From an uncultured Acidobacteriota bacterium (GTDB taxonomy: Bacteria > Acidobacteriota > Blastocatellia > RBC074): a DNA stretch of 64,000 nt. Both the position numbers and the translations under genes were made by a program. The stretch is taken from positions 64,001 to 128,000 of the forward strand of contig CAWCKY010000003.1 of the NCBI GenBank assembly GCA_963796275.1, written 5' to 3'. This document shows positions 47,109 through 58,790 of this stretch, in pieces (position 1 is the stretch's first letter; every line of letters starts with the position of its first letter). The notes under the pieces were generated by a model. The model was not told the DNA's origin and made no database searches. It saw only the letters and a program-made list of their open reading frames with translations.

Positions 47109-47394
47109 ACTTACTCCTTTGATGTTTGTTATTAAAGTGCAACATAAAAGCGGCTGGGTAAATAAATCCAGAATAAACCCCGGACGCTAGTTATTGTTGC
47201 GCTTGATCAAAGGATGTAATCAGTCAACTCGTCTGTTTTCGGCATCCAGATGAATGCGACGCCAGGTATTCATTACATATCCTGGGGGATTGTAAGCTCC
47301 ATACTGCGTTATACGCGCTTGGTGTGAATAATCCGAACTCAGCTATCGCCGACTGCTACATCCAACCGATAGCGTCCAAAACGACGCTAAACTC

Positions 47395-48339
47395 TTAATG
47401 AGCCGTCGCTTCCGCTTGCCCGTGCTCGACGTGGTTATCGTGAGAGCCGTGTGATACCTCACCCAGATAGACCATAGAGAGCAGCATAAAAATATAAGTT
47501 TGAAGGACAGCGGTCAGCAGTCCGAGCGGCATAAGTAATATCGGAATGAGCCATTGAACCATCGCCGATATCGCGCCGCTCACCTGTTCTTCGCCGTAGA
47601 TGTTTCCGAACAGCCGCATGCTCAAGCTTAGAACACGGGCCAGATTGCTGATCACTTCGATCGGGAAGACCAGGAAGATAATGAATATGTTGGATACAGG
47701 TCCGCCGAAATGTTTGATGTGGCCCCAAAGGCCGTTTTCACGGATACCAACAAAGTTGTAATAAAGAAACGATGTGAGGGCGAGCGCCAGCGTCATGTTG
47801 TAGTTCGCCGTTGGAGCAACCATATCAGGCAAAAACCCAGTCAGGTTCGACAGAAGGATCAAGATTCCGAATGTCGCAACGATCGGGAAATGCTTTAGCC
47901 CGTTGGGCCCCACCAAATCGAGAAGAAAGCCTCGAACCGTTTCGACCCCCACTTCAAAAGTCTGCTGCCTGGTGGTGGGAGATTCGGCAGACAACTTGCC
48001 ACGCAAAAACGTCAGAATTACGACGGCGATAAATACGACAAAGAGAAACATCACAACCTGTGTCGGAATCGGAAGATTGTGGTCGATTTTATAATATTCC
48101 TCAAAAGTCTTTCCCTCGCCCGGCCATTGATTCCCGAACATGAAACTAAATACCCGGTAGATACTCGGCATGATCATCGACTGCAGCTCGAAGATTGCAG
48201 GCCCCAACAAGTCATTAACCTTCACAACCAGCCAGGGTATATGTTCACCGTGCCCCGCTTCCTGTGCGCTATGCTGAGCAGCCTCCGAAGCTTTAGTCGC
48301 CTGCTGTCCGTGTTCTTGTAAAATATGCGTTAAAAACAT
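47395..48339 (-). CDS. atpB: ATP synthase F0 subunit a
   Basis: NLTG..P...APTAN and [22 protein letters not shown]...LQTYIF. Confidence 0.96.
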   Translation of the reverse strand: MFLTHILQEHGQQATKASEAAQHSAQEAGHGEHIPWLVVKVNDLLGPAIFELQSMIMPSIYRVFSFMFGNQWPGEGKTFEEYYKIDHNLPIPTQVVMFLFVVFIAVVILTFLRGKLSAESPTTRQQTFEVGVETVRGFLLDLVGPNGLKHFPIVATFGILILLSNLTGFLPDMVAPTANYNMTLALALTSFLYYNFVGIRENGLWGHIKHFGGPVSNIFIIFLVFPIEVISNLARVLSLSMRLFGNIYGEEQVSGAISAMVQWLIPILLMPLGLLTAVLQTYIFMLLSMVYLGEVSHGSHDNHVEHGQAEATAH

Positions 48340-48348
48340 AAACCTTCT

Positions 48349-48774
48349 CTACTCTTCTGAAGAATTTTCCGTTCGGCCGTTCGTTTTGAAGAACAGGTAA
48401 ATTTGATAGGCCGCTTCCATCATCACTCCTGCAACAAAAGCGGCAAACCCTATCCCGATTCCGAGCGGGTGAAAACTACCGGTCCAAACCGCCGCGATGA
48501 TAACTACTGCGATGACAAAGTAACGCAAGACGAATTTTGAGGCTGTCAACGGCGGAACACGGCCGCTTTGCGCTACAACAGCCCTGTTCAAGATCGCTCC
48601 CACGCTCCCCTCCAGCCATCTCTTGTTGAATATGCTCAACAAACTACCGAGCAAGACCCCCATCACCATACGCCATCCCATCCAGATCAAACTGACGATC
48701 AGCGCCCCGATCATATATACATACATGTTCAGCTGAAATCGACGTTCGATCCTGTTGCCATCTTCCGACCTCAT
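48349..48774 (-). CDS. atpI: ATP synthase protein I
   Basis: Four-TM protein directly upstream of atpB. Confidence 0.75.
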   Translation of the reverse strand: MRSEDGNRIERRFQLNMYVYMIGALIVSLIWMGWRMVMGVLLGSLLSIFNKRWLEGSVGAILNRAVVAQSGRVPPLTASKFVLRYFVIAVVIIAAVWTGSFHPLGIGIGFAAFVAGVMMEAAYQIYLFFKTNGRTENSSEE

Positions 48775-48975
48775 CTCTTCAACCTCGAATCTTATCTTCT
48801 ATCCTCCTCTTCTGTCCAGAAAGATTGTGAAGAGTTGAACGCGTAAATTAATATGCGTTTAATCAAATTGCAAAACCGACGATAACAAAAAATGAAAAGG
48901 CAAAATTTCACAAGGTAGAAATATACGTCTATATTGTTGAGTTGATTACCATTTGTGATTTCAGCGATAGATTTT

Positions 48976-49653
48976 TCAATTACGCGATATATGAACAAGA
49001 GAAGAAGCGGGAACCGAGGGATCAGGGTGAAGCTGATCGGGAGTTAGCATCTCGCCGAACTTACTGAAGTAGCCAAGATCGCGCCGATAACAATGATTTC
49101 TCTCCATATCGAAAGCGACACAGGAATCGATGGGGCGCGAGTATATATGGATGCTGACAGCTCTTTCACTGGTTTCGCTCAGGTTATAGAGGCGATGTAT
49201 CGTTTGAAGCTTGTCTGCGGTGATCACGAGGCCGCCGGCGCATGCTTCGGTTTCACGCACGATCTCTAGCATAGTGTGATCGGAACCAGCGAGACAGTCG
49301 AGCCCGACGACGTTTTGGTTTTCGGGATGATCACAGCCTAGCCATCTGTAATCGACCACACCGAGGTCTCCCCACTGCGGGATCATCCAACATATCTGTC
49401 CATTATGTGTATGAACCGCGGTCTTCTGCCCCGGCTCCCAACAGATCGCCATGATCTCAAAAAGATCATCACGATAGATCAAATTACGCGTATATATTCT
49501 GTCATCGAAGTAGATATATGGAGCTAGCGAAGCATCGCTGATCCGCACGCTGGCGCAAAAATCGAGCACATTATCACGCGTGATAATACCTCGCTCGAAT
49601 GACTGCAACCTCGCTTTAAAATCATCGATACTTATCAATTGCCTGGTTTTCAT
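48976..49653 (-). CDS. Cysteine dioxygenase type I family
   Basis: YTRNLIY, ICWEPGQKTAVHTH, IHRL and AVSIHIYSRP cupin motifs. Confidence 0.9.
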   Translation of the reverse strand: MKTRQLISIDDFKARLQSFERGIITRDNVLDFCASVRISDASLAPYIYFDDRIYTRNLIYRDDLFEIMAICWEPGQKTAVHTHNGQICWMIPQWGDLGVVDYRWLGCDHPENQNVVGLDCLAGSDHTMLEIVRETEACAGGLVITADKLQTIHRLYNLSETSERAVSIHIYSRPIDSCVAFDMERNHCYRRDLGYFSKFGEMLTPDQLHPDPSVPASSLVHISRN

Positions 49654-49851
49654 ATCTCACTCCGATCGTCTCGATTCGCCCCGTTTTGTCCCGGTTCTCA
49701 CGGTTGCCCTGGTTACCCTGGTTGCCATCTACCAGTTATCTTTTTTCTTCTCCAAAGTGATTTTAGGGCTGGCACCCACCGTCGTCAATCTTCATAAATG
49801 GTTATCGTGCTTCTTTTCCGCATCAGGCTCAGCTAACATAGGCATTCACCT

Positions 49852-51603
49852 ATGGAACACAATCTCGACCTGATTATGACGCTGGTGGGCGGTTTCACGG
49901 CAGCGCTCATTTGTGGATATATCTCCAACAGGTTTGGCCTTTCGCCGATAGTAGGTTACCTCGTTGCGGGTATTCTGATTGGGCCACACACGCCGGGCTT
50001 TGTGGCCGATGAGAACCTCGCGTCTCAGATGTCGGAGATCGGCGTTATTCTGCTGATGTTCGGCGTCGGACTTCAATTCCATATCAAGGAACTCCTGGCA
50101 GTCAAGCGAGTAGCCATTCCAGGAGCGATCGCACAGATCACCGCAGCAACCGCGCTCGGAGCCTTAACGATGCATCTGTTCGGATGGAACTGGAAGGGAG
50201 GGCTCGTTTTCGGGCTCGCGATCTCCGTAGCGAGCACTGTCGTTCTCATACGCGTGCTTTCCGACAATAATGCGTTGCATTCGCGCGCGGGCCACATCGC
50301 GGTAGGGTGGCTGGTGGTTGAAGATATATTCACCGTGGTTGCGCTCGTTCTTATACCCTCCATTTTCGCATCGAATGAGAACTCGAATCTTTCGTCCATC
50401 GCTCTTGCTATTGGGATCGCCCTGTTGAAACTGATATTCCTGACGGCGCTGACATTTCTGCTCGGTCAAAAGGTGATTCCGAAGCTTCTCGGCTATGTCG
50501 CTCGCACCAGCTCGCGGGAGCTTTTCACGCTCACAGTACTGGTTCTCGCTCTCGGCATCGCTGTAGGGTCGGCCAAGCTTTTCGGCGCATCTATGGCGCT
50601 CGGCGCGTTCCTGGCAGGGATGGTCGTCGGTCAGTCGGAATTCAGCAACCGTGCCGCTACCGAGGCGCTGCCGTTTCGCGATGCATTCGCCGTGATCTTT
50701 TTCGTTGCGGTTGGAATGTTATTCAACCCGAGCAGTCTGGCCGTCGAGTGGCCGATGGTGCTCGCCGCAATATTCGTGATTATGGTTGGTAAACCGCTCG
50801 CCGCCGCGCTGGTCGTCCGGCTGCTCAATTACCCGTTCGTAATTGCGTCGGCGGTCGCCATCGCGCTCGCTCAGATCGGCGAGTTCTCCTTCATACTGGC
50901 TTCGGTCGGCAGCGAGTACGGCGTACTTCCCAAAAGCGGGCTAAATATCCTCGTCGCCGCCGCGATCATATCGATCACTCTCAACCCGGTCCTCTACCGG
51001 CTCAACGCCCCCTTTGTCGGCTGGGTCATCCGCCATCCGAAACTCGGCTGGTGGCTGAACCCGACATCGGTTGGAGAGATGGATGAATCAGATGGCCTGG
51101 ATGATGCGGCATCGGCTGTAGTAGTCGGCTTCGGACCTGTCGGTCGCACCTTGTCGCACCTGCTCGAGAAGAACGGAATCCGGCCCGTGATCGTTGAGAT
51201 GAATCTGGATACCGTGCGCGAGCTGCGGCAGAGAGGATTCAACGTCGTCTATGGTGATGCCGCCGCTCGCGAAACTCTTGAGGCCGCCAAAATAGGGCAG
51301 GCCGATGCGTTGATCCTCACTTCATCCTCGCTCGCTAACAGCAATGAAGTGATCCGAATCGCACGTGAATTGAATCCTGATATCCGGGTCATCGCCCGGG
51401 CGAATTACATTCGCGAGCTGAAACCCCTTGTCGATGCCGGCGCAGAGCGAGTTGTTACAGCTGAGAGCGAGGTCGCTCTCGCAATGACTGAATATATGCT
51501 GCGTGAACTCGGCGCCACCGTCGAGCAGGTCGATCGTGAACGCGACCGCGTCCGTGAAGAGCTCTACGATGTGATCCCGGCGGCTTACAGCAAACAGGCT
51601 TGA
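49852..51603 (+). CDS. CPA2 cation:proton antiporter with RCK domain (YbaL/Kef-like)
   Basis: GVILLMFGVGL, STVV, LVVED, PFRDAF, QIGEFSFI and C-terminal VGFGPVG...YGDA. Confidence 0.92.
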   Translation: MEHNLDLIMTLVGGFTAALICGYISNRFGLSPIVGYLVAGILIGPHTPGFVADENLASQMSEIGVILLMFGVGLQFHIKELLAVKRVAIPGAIAQITAATALGALTMHLFGWNWKGGLVFGLAISVASTVVLIRVLSDNNALHSRAGHIAVGWLVVEDIFTVVALVLIPSIFASNENSNLSSIALAIGIALLKLIFLTALTFLLGQKVIPKLLGYVARTSSRELFTLTVLVLALGIAVGSAKLFGASMALGAFLAGMVVGQSEFSNRAATEALPFRDAFAVIFFVAVGMLFNPSSLAVEWPMVLAAIFVIMVGKPLAAALVVRLLNYPFVIASAVAIALAQIGEFSFILASVGSEYGVLPKSGLNILVAAAIISITLNPVLYRLNAPFVGWVIRHPKLGWWLNPTSVGEMDESDGLDDAASAVVVGFGPVGRTLSHLLEKNGIRPVIVEMNLDTVRELRQRGFNVVYGDAAARETLEAAKIGQADALILTSSSLANSNEVIRIARELNPDIRVIARANYIRELKPLVDAGAERVVTAESEVALAMTEYMLRELGATVEQVDRERDRVREELYDVIPAAYSKQA

Positions 51604-51676
51604 GCGGACGAAGAAAAGATCGGCAGGACAACCTCTTAAATTTGTCGCCGCCCCCTCCTTTTTGTTTTTTCAATTT

Positions 51677-53626
<1,950 letters not shown>

Positions 53627-53892
53627 GTGACATTAATACTCCATGTCTATTATCAGAATGTATCCTAACACCAAAGGCATAGGGGCTGAAGTGTAGTTTT
53701 TACTTGATCGATTCGAATTCTGGAGGCCGAAGTAATTTAATTGTCACACACTTAACACAATTTTTAAATCTAACCATTGAACCGAGCAGGAGATTCCGGA
53801 TTTCTTCCGATTTCCACTCTTATCGGTACATCTTGAGATCCTATCGATGGAATAATATTCTCTCTTTGTACAAATTCACCGCACGATTCCAT

Positions 53893-54870
53893 ATGAAGTT
53901 ATCGCGATTTGCAAAGTACGCATGGTTCGTTCTGGCCTATAACATGGCCGTGATCTTACTGGGCGCCTATGTGCGCGCAAGCAGTTCGGGGGCGGGTTGC
54001 GGCAGCAATTGGCCGCTGTGCAATGGCGAAGTGATACCGCGTTCAGCCGCGATAAAAACCCTTATTGAGTTCTCTCATCGTCTGACGAGCGGGCTCGCTC
54101 TGATTCTCGTCGTTATAATGCTCATCTGGGCATTCCGCGCTTTTACACGTCACCATCAGGCGAGGATAGGCGCCGCTTTATCGATGATCTTTATACTTAC
54201 CGAGGCCTTGATCGGCGCGGGTCTGGTTTTGTTGGATTATGTTGCGGAAAACAAATCGATGTGGCGGGCAGTGTGGATGTCGGGGCATCTGGTAAACACA
54301 TTTCTTCTTGTAGCCACGCTTGCCTTCACTGCGTGGGTTGCGACAACCGGCCGGCGGGTCCACATCCGCGGGCAGGGAAGCGTCATCTTCGCTCTTGCCC
54401 TCGTCTCTACTCTAATCCTCGGCATCAGCGGAGCCATCTCCGCTCTCGGCGCAACACTTTTTCCCGTCCAATCGCTCGCGGAAGGCCTGCAGCAGGATTT
54501 CTCGCCGCTGGCGCATCAATTGACTCGCCTGCGCGTGATTCATCCGGTCATCTCTATCATCGTCAGCGGTCTTTTGATTTATACCGCGCTATCGGTGCGC
54601 ACGTGGCGACCTTCCGGAGGAGTGAGAAGACTTGTCCAGGGGCTCGTCTCCCTCATCTTAATCCAATTGGCAGCCGGTGCGCTCAATCTGCTACTGCATG
54701 CCCCGATCTGGCTGCAGATTATTCATCTTCTCCTGGCCGATTTTATTTGGATCGCGCTCGCTCTTTTGGCTTTTGCCGTTATGGCGGAACCGGTGCGCGC
54801 GGGTTCTTTAACGGAGAAAGTCAGATTTGAGTTCGACCATTCAATTAAGCCCGATACTCGGCATACCTGA
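53893..54870 (+). CDS. ctaA: Heme A synthase (COX15/CtaA)
   Basis: [20 protein letters not shown] and further conserved His in TM helices; start set at ATG 53893. Confidence 0.9.
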   Translation: MKLSRFAKYAWFVLAYNMAVILLGAYVRASSSGAGCGSNWPLCNGEVIPRSAAIKTLIEFSHRLTSGLALILVVIMLIWAFRAFTRHHQARIGAALSMIFILTEALIGAGLVLLDYVAENKSMWRAVWMSGHLVNTFLLVATLAFTAWVATTGRRVHIRGQGSVIFALALVSTLILGISGAISALGATLFPVQSLAEGLQQDFSPLAHQLTRLRVIHPVISIIVSGLLIYTALSVRTWRPSGGVRRLVQGLVSLILIQLAAGALNLLLHAPIWLQIIHLLLADFIWIALALLAFAVMAEPVRAGSLTEKVRFEFDHSIKPDTRHT

Positions 54871-55582
54871 GGTCGGACCCGGTGACGACATCGGAGCATT
54901 GATCGCCCAGTCGTCTAATGAAATGAAATTCAACTTGTCTGACGGCGATATAGTCGTCGTCGCACAGAAAGTAATTTCAAAATCAGAAGACAGATTGGTC
55001 AATCTCGAATCGATCACCCCATCGGAACTCGCCCTTGAGATAGCCAGACGACAAAACAGAGATCCGCATTTGATCGAAGTGATCCTCTGCGAATCATCCA
55101 GGATCGTCAGGATGGAGGGTCACATCCTCATCACCGAAACCAGGCACGGATTCGTATGCGCCAATGCCGGGGTAGATCAGTCCAATGTCCGGGGCGAGCA
55201 ATGGGTCTCGCTTTTACCAATAGCTCCGGATGAGTCGGCGCTATTATTAAAGAGGAGATTGGCGGAACTGCTCAATGTCGATGTCGCCGTGATCATCACG
55301 GATACTTTCGGACGACCGTGGCGTGAAGGCCTGACGAACGTGGCCATCGGAGTCGCCGGAATGAACCCGATCGATGATTTTCGCGGCAAAACCGATGATT
55401 ACGGTAGACAGCTATCAGCAACCGTTCTGGCGGTGGCCGATGAGCTCGCCGCAGCGGCGGGATTGCTCATGAAGAAGACTTCGCGCATACCCGTCATTGT
55501 AATTCATGGCTACGCCTATGATCGCGCAGAAGGGAGCGCGCGGGCATTGTTGAGAGCTAAAGAAAAAGATTTATTCAGATAG
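54827..55582 (+). CDS. cofE: Coenzyme F420-0:L-glutamate ligase
   Basis: [41 protein letters not shown] and [10 protein letters not shown]. Confidence 0.92.
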   Translation: MSSTIQLSPILGIPEVGPGDDIGALIAQSSNEMKFNLSDGDIVVVAQKVISKSEDRLVNLESITPSELALEIARRQNRDPHLIEVILCESSRIVRMEGHILITETRHGFVCANAGVDQSNVRGEQWVSLLPIAPDESALLLKRRLAELLNVDVAVIITDTFGRPWREGLTNVAIGVAGMNPIDDFRGKTDDYGRQLSATVLAVADELAAAAGLLMKKTSRIPVIVIHGYAYDRAEGSARALLRAKEKDLFR

Positions 55583-55623
55583 TCGTCTATATCCGCTTGA
55601 GGTAGCGCTTTTTATAATCCGGC

Positions 55624-56259
55624 TCACTGAGTTTTTGGGCCTTCACCCAGTTGCCCCAGTTGTTCAATAGTTTCTGCCAATTGCGCAGGCTTCACCAGGC
55701 CATATACGCGCGTCCATTTGTTTCGCTTCGCGTCGCCGATAAGCACGGTAGGAGTATGATCCTCTTTCCGCGCGGCATAACCGCCCAGCGCGCGCAACAA
55801 TTTATCCAATTCCAGCTTGTTCCCGGTAACCAACTTCCATCCCGGCTTCGCGCCGAATTTCCCGGCCCAGGCCTTCAACCTTTCCGGCGTATCGACGGCC
55901 GGATCTACGCTGATCGATATCAGTTGAACCTCTTTTGCCATCTCGGGTTTGATTGAGCGTTGCAAACGGGCAAAAATCGCCCCCAAAGGTGGACAGATGG
56001 TGGTACAGGTCGTGAAGATAAAATTGATGGCTACGATTTTGCCCTTCACCAAATCGCTATAAAAATGAACCTCTTTGCCTTCCTCATCAAGCACTTTGAC
56101 ATCGGGAATCTTTAAACTTTCATATGACCCTGACGACGTGACTTCAGTTGGAGCGTGATCTCCATGATGATGGTCATGCTGTGATTGAGCCCAGATCGTG
56201 CAAGGGATTAGCAATAATGCGACATTTAGTGAAATGGATTTGATTGAAGGAAAGATCAT
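55624..56259 (-). CDS. SCO/SenC copper chaperone
   Basis: Signal peptide, His-rich N-terminus, FIFTTCTTICP (CxxxC), ISVDP..DTPE and conserved His. Confidence 0.93.
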   Translation of the reverse strand: MIFPSIKSISLNVALLLIPCTIWAQSQHDHHHGDHAPTEVTSSGSYESLKIPDVKVLDEEGKEVHFYSDLVKGKIVAINFIFTTCTTICPPLGAIFARLQRSIKPEMAKEVQLISISVDPAVDTPERLKAWAGKFGAKPGWKLVTGNKLELDKLLRALGGYAARKEDHTPTVLIGDAKRNKWTRVYGLVKPAQLAETIEQLGQLGEGPKTQ

Positions 56260-56349
56260 ATCAACTCCGCGGTATAGATTTTCGATCGTTAGTTTTCAGT
56301 TTATTTTTATGAGCCGATCATGGCGACTCGACCGAAACCTGCACTACAT

Positions 56350-56913
56350 TCAGGTTTTAATATCGATGCGGTTGATCGCGAAATCGTTGTCGTGTTCCCC
56401 GTTGGCGGATCCTTTGACATTGATCTTGACCCTTTTTATCTTTTTTCCATTGGCGTAAAACTGGACCGAGATGGCGGACCCATCACTCGCGCCATCTGAT
56501 AATCCCCTGCGAGTCGTGACCGTCTTCAATTTCGAGCCCTTCGAGTTATAGAAAGTCATAGTTGTTTTGAAGGGAATCGGATCAGCTCCCGAGTCGGGAA
56601 TTTCATTGATCTGTACTTGAGTGCGGAGCGCCAGAATCGGTGGATCGAAGATTATATCGATCGGGCCCGGCAAGTGATCGGTATAAAGTACAGAATCGCC
56701 GGTATTGAAATTCCCACGCCAGTTATCGCGCTTACCTTGCGTGAGCTTGACCAGTTGGAGTGGTGCGGTAATCGTAAAATTCACATTCTCTTCATTCGAT
56801 GTACCTTGGTTTGTCTCGAGTTCCTCGCTGATTACCGTCCAATCGTCTCCGAACTGTTCCCAATCGATAAAATCGTTAAATCCATTGGAAGAATCACCAA
56901 ATTTGTCAGGCAT
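56350..56913 (-). CDS. Hypothetical beta-rich protein; frame is open to 57072
   Basis: NDFIDW..W.GNF..G..GPI.I.F..DFAIN pattern recalls PEP-CTERM passenger domains, but no signal peptide or sorting tail is seen; start uncertain. Confidence 0.55.
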   Translation of the reverse strand: MPDKFGDSSNGFNDFIDWEQFGDDWTVISEELETNQGTSNEENVNFTITAPLQLVKLTQGKRDNWRGNFNTGDSVLYTDHLPGPIDIIFDPPILALRTQVQINEIPDSGADPIPFKTTMTFYNSKGSKLKTVTTRRGLSDGASDGSAISVQFYANGKKIKRVKINVKGSANGEHDNDFAINRIDIKT

Positions 56914-57223
56914 ACTTGAATCCTCATGATATTTGAAGGCAAGCCCCGTAGGCGCATATCGAGTCGTAAAACTCCTGAGCTCATCGGATTTTGTAGCATC
57001 TGGGAAGCACCGGTCGCGTAAAATGTTTATAGCTCTGATAAGAAGCTCGCAAGCTCCCGTCTGGAACAACATTTGATGATTGCAGATGCCGCCCGACTGG
57101 AACTGATAAACCTTTCTGCGAATACAAAACTATGTTCATATCGCTCATCCGAAGCTGGGCCACAAAACCCGATGCTCTCAGCAAAATTTAAATTCGAGAT
57201 ACGTCTCCGTGCTTTGTCATAAT

Positions 57224-58789
57224 TTATGGGCATGTAACCGCAGTCGGGAGACGCGATGCTCCGCCTGGCCACGGTGTTAGCTGACCGATAGTCGCGCCTC
57301 CTTGGCGCCCCCTTGTCGTGATGGGGCCTGAACCGTTGGTAAGAAAACCGAAATCTTGAAGGTTGAGCGGTATCAGCGGATCACCCAGTACTCGGTTTTC
57401 CGGAAAAATGTACTCGCTGACCGCCGTGCGATATTGTCCGGCGCGAAGCCCATTGGCGGACAGATTAAGCTCAGGCAGTTTCGCCCAGGTATTCCTGTCC
57501 CCGCTAAACAAGCCTTTAGCTTCGGCCACCCGGCGGATGTAAGCGATCACTTCGCGCGTCGGAGGGCCAATATCCCTGCGATCCTCGTTGCGATACCGGC
57601 CGAAGACGGGTTGATCGGCAGGATTGGCCGGAGCCAAAAATCGCACCGATTCATTGCCCGTGCATTCATCGACATCGATCGCATAAATGACTATGTCGCT
57701 CGACGGGTCCGTGGTAAATCCCTCGAATCTGATTCCCCTCGTGGCGACCTCTTGCGGAATATTACCCGGCGGATTATTGGGGTCCGGGAACGGCACGCCG
57801 CCTGCCCGGATCAATACTTCATCGAGCGTCAGATAAGCAGGGTCGGCCCCCGGCTGGGTATAGATCCCTATCAATGCCTGAATCGAGTGGGCCGAGATGT
57901 AGTAACCCGTGTTGTCTCGGGCCAGCGTCCCGGCGTAATCGATGTAATCGCCCCTCATGAAGGGAGCCTGCTCTCTTGCATCACAGGTGTTGCAAGGTAT
58001 GGCTCTGGGAAAGTTGGGCAATGGAGTCGCCGTAGTTGTGCCCGGTCGCGGCATGACAAAGGTCTGCAATGGAGAATTCGGGTTGGGGCCGCGATTTGTG
58101 AGCGGGCAGCGCGGATCAGCCGCAGTACGAGGGACGCACATGGGATACCCGTTGGCCGAACGGATACTCTGGTTATCGGCATCGGAAGTAAATCGCCCAT
58201 CCTGGCCGAGCAGCGGTTCACCGACTTTCAATGCGGAAGTCTTGTGGCCGTAACGTCCCTCGGAATCGTTGATCCTGACTCGCGCTTTGACCGGACCATC
58301 CAGTACAGCCCCCACAAGTATCTCGCCGGAGTTGAAATCGATTGCTTGAATATATCCCTGTCCCAGGTTCAGCGATTGCTGCGTGATGTTGACCAGTCCG
58401 GCGATATGTTTGTCATTTACGATATTGCCGCTGATCGAGACCTCGAAGGCGGCCAGGGGGGCGGGGCAGTCGTCGAGTGCCAGGCCAGACCCTTTCGAAC
58501 CGCCGCACGTGCCGGCACCATTGCGCTGGGTTGTATTAGGCGGAGCCAGATCGAAGATGTCTGTCGCGGTCAGGTTGGCTGTTGACATCTGAATAATCAG
58601 ATTGCGAGGTATGAATACCTCGGTTCCATTGACGGTGATCTTGGCGCCCGAGAGGAGGTCACCCGGCGTGTCAAGCGTGAACCGTTGAATATGTCCGGTT
58701 ATCTGGAATGGCGTCGCATCAAGCGGCGCCGCGCTGTAAACTACGCCTGCTAAGATCAATGGCAATATCAAGAGAAGTCGTTTTTTCAT
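57224..58789 (-). CDS. Secreted Cys/Pro-rich hypothetical protein
   Basis: Signal peptide, 521 aa, start 1 nt after the upstream gene's stop. Confidence 0.85.
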   Translation of the reverse strand: MKKRLLLILPLILAGVVYSAAPLDATPFQITGHIQRFTLDTPGDLLSGAKITVNGTEVFIPRNLIIQMSTANLTATDIFDLAPPNTTQRNGAGTCGGSKGSGLALDDCPAPLAAFEVSISGNIVNDKHIAGLVNITQQSLNLGQGYIQAIDFNSGEILVGAVLDGPVKARVRINDSEGRYGHKTSALKVGEPLLGQDGRFTSDADNQSIRSANGYPMCVPRTAADPRCPLTNRGPNPNSPLQTFVMPRPGTTTATPLPNFPRAIPCNTCDAREQAPFMRGDYIDYAGTLARDNTGYYISAHSIQALIGIYTQPGADPAYLTLDEVLIRAGGVPFPDPNNPPGNIPQEVATRGIRFEGFTTDPSSDIVIYAIDVDECTGNESVRFLAPANPADQPVFGRYRNEDRRDIGPPTREVIAYIRRVAEAKGLFSGDRNTWAKLPELNLSANGLRAGQYRTAVSEYIFPENRVLGDPLIPLNLQDFGFLTNGSGPITTRGRQGGATIGQLTPWPGGASRLPTAVTCP

Positions 58790-58790
58790 A

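Noticed and set aside
48792-48998. Possible atpZ/atpQ gene upstream of atpI
   Set aside because: The 68-aa ORF lacks the two-TM Gly-rich pattern, overlaps the dioxygenase stop and looks like AT-rich promoter DNA.
53627-53890. c-di-AMP (ydaO) riboswitch upstream of the KimA-like gene
   Set aside because: No recognisable conserved riboswitch motifs by eye; the region looks like a plain divergent promoter. An Rfam scan would settle it.
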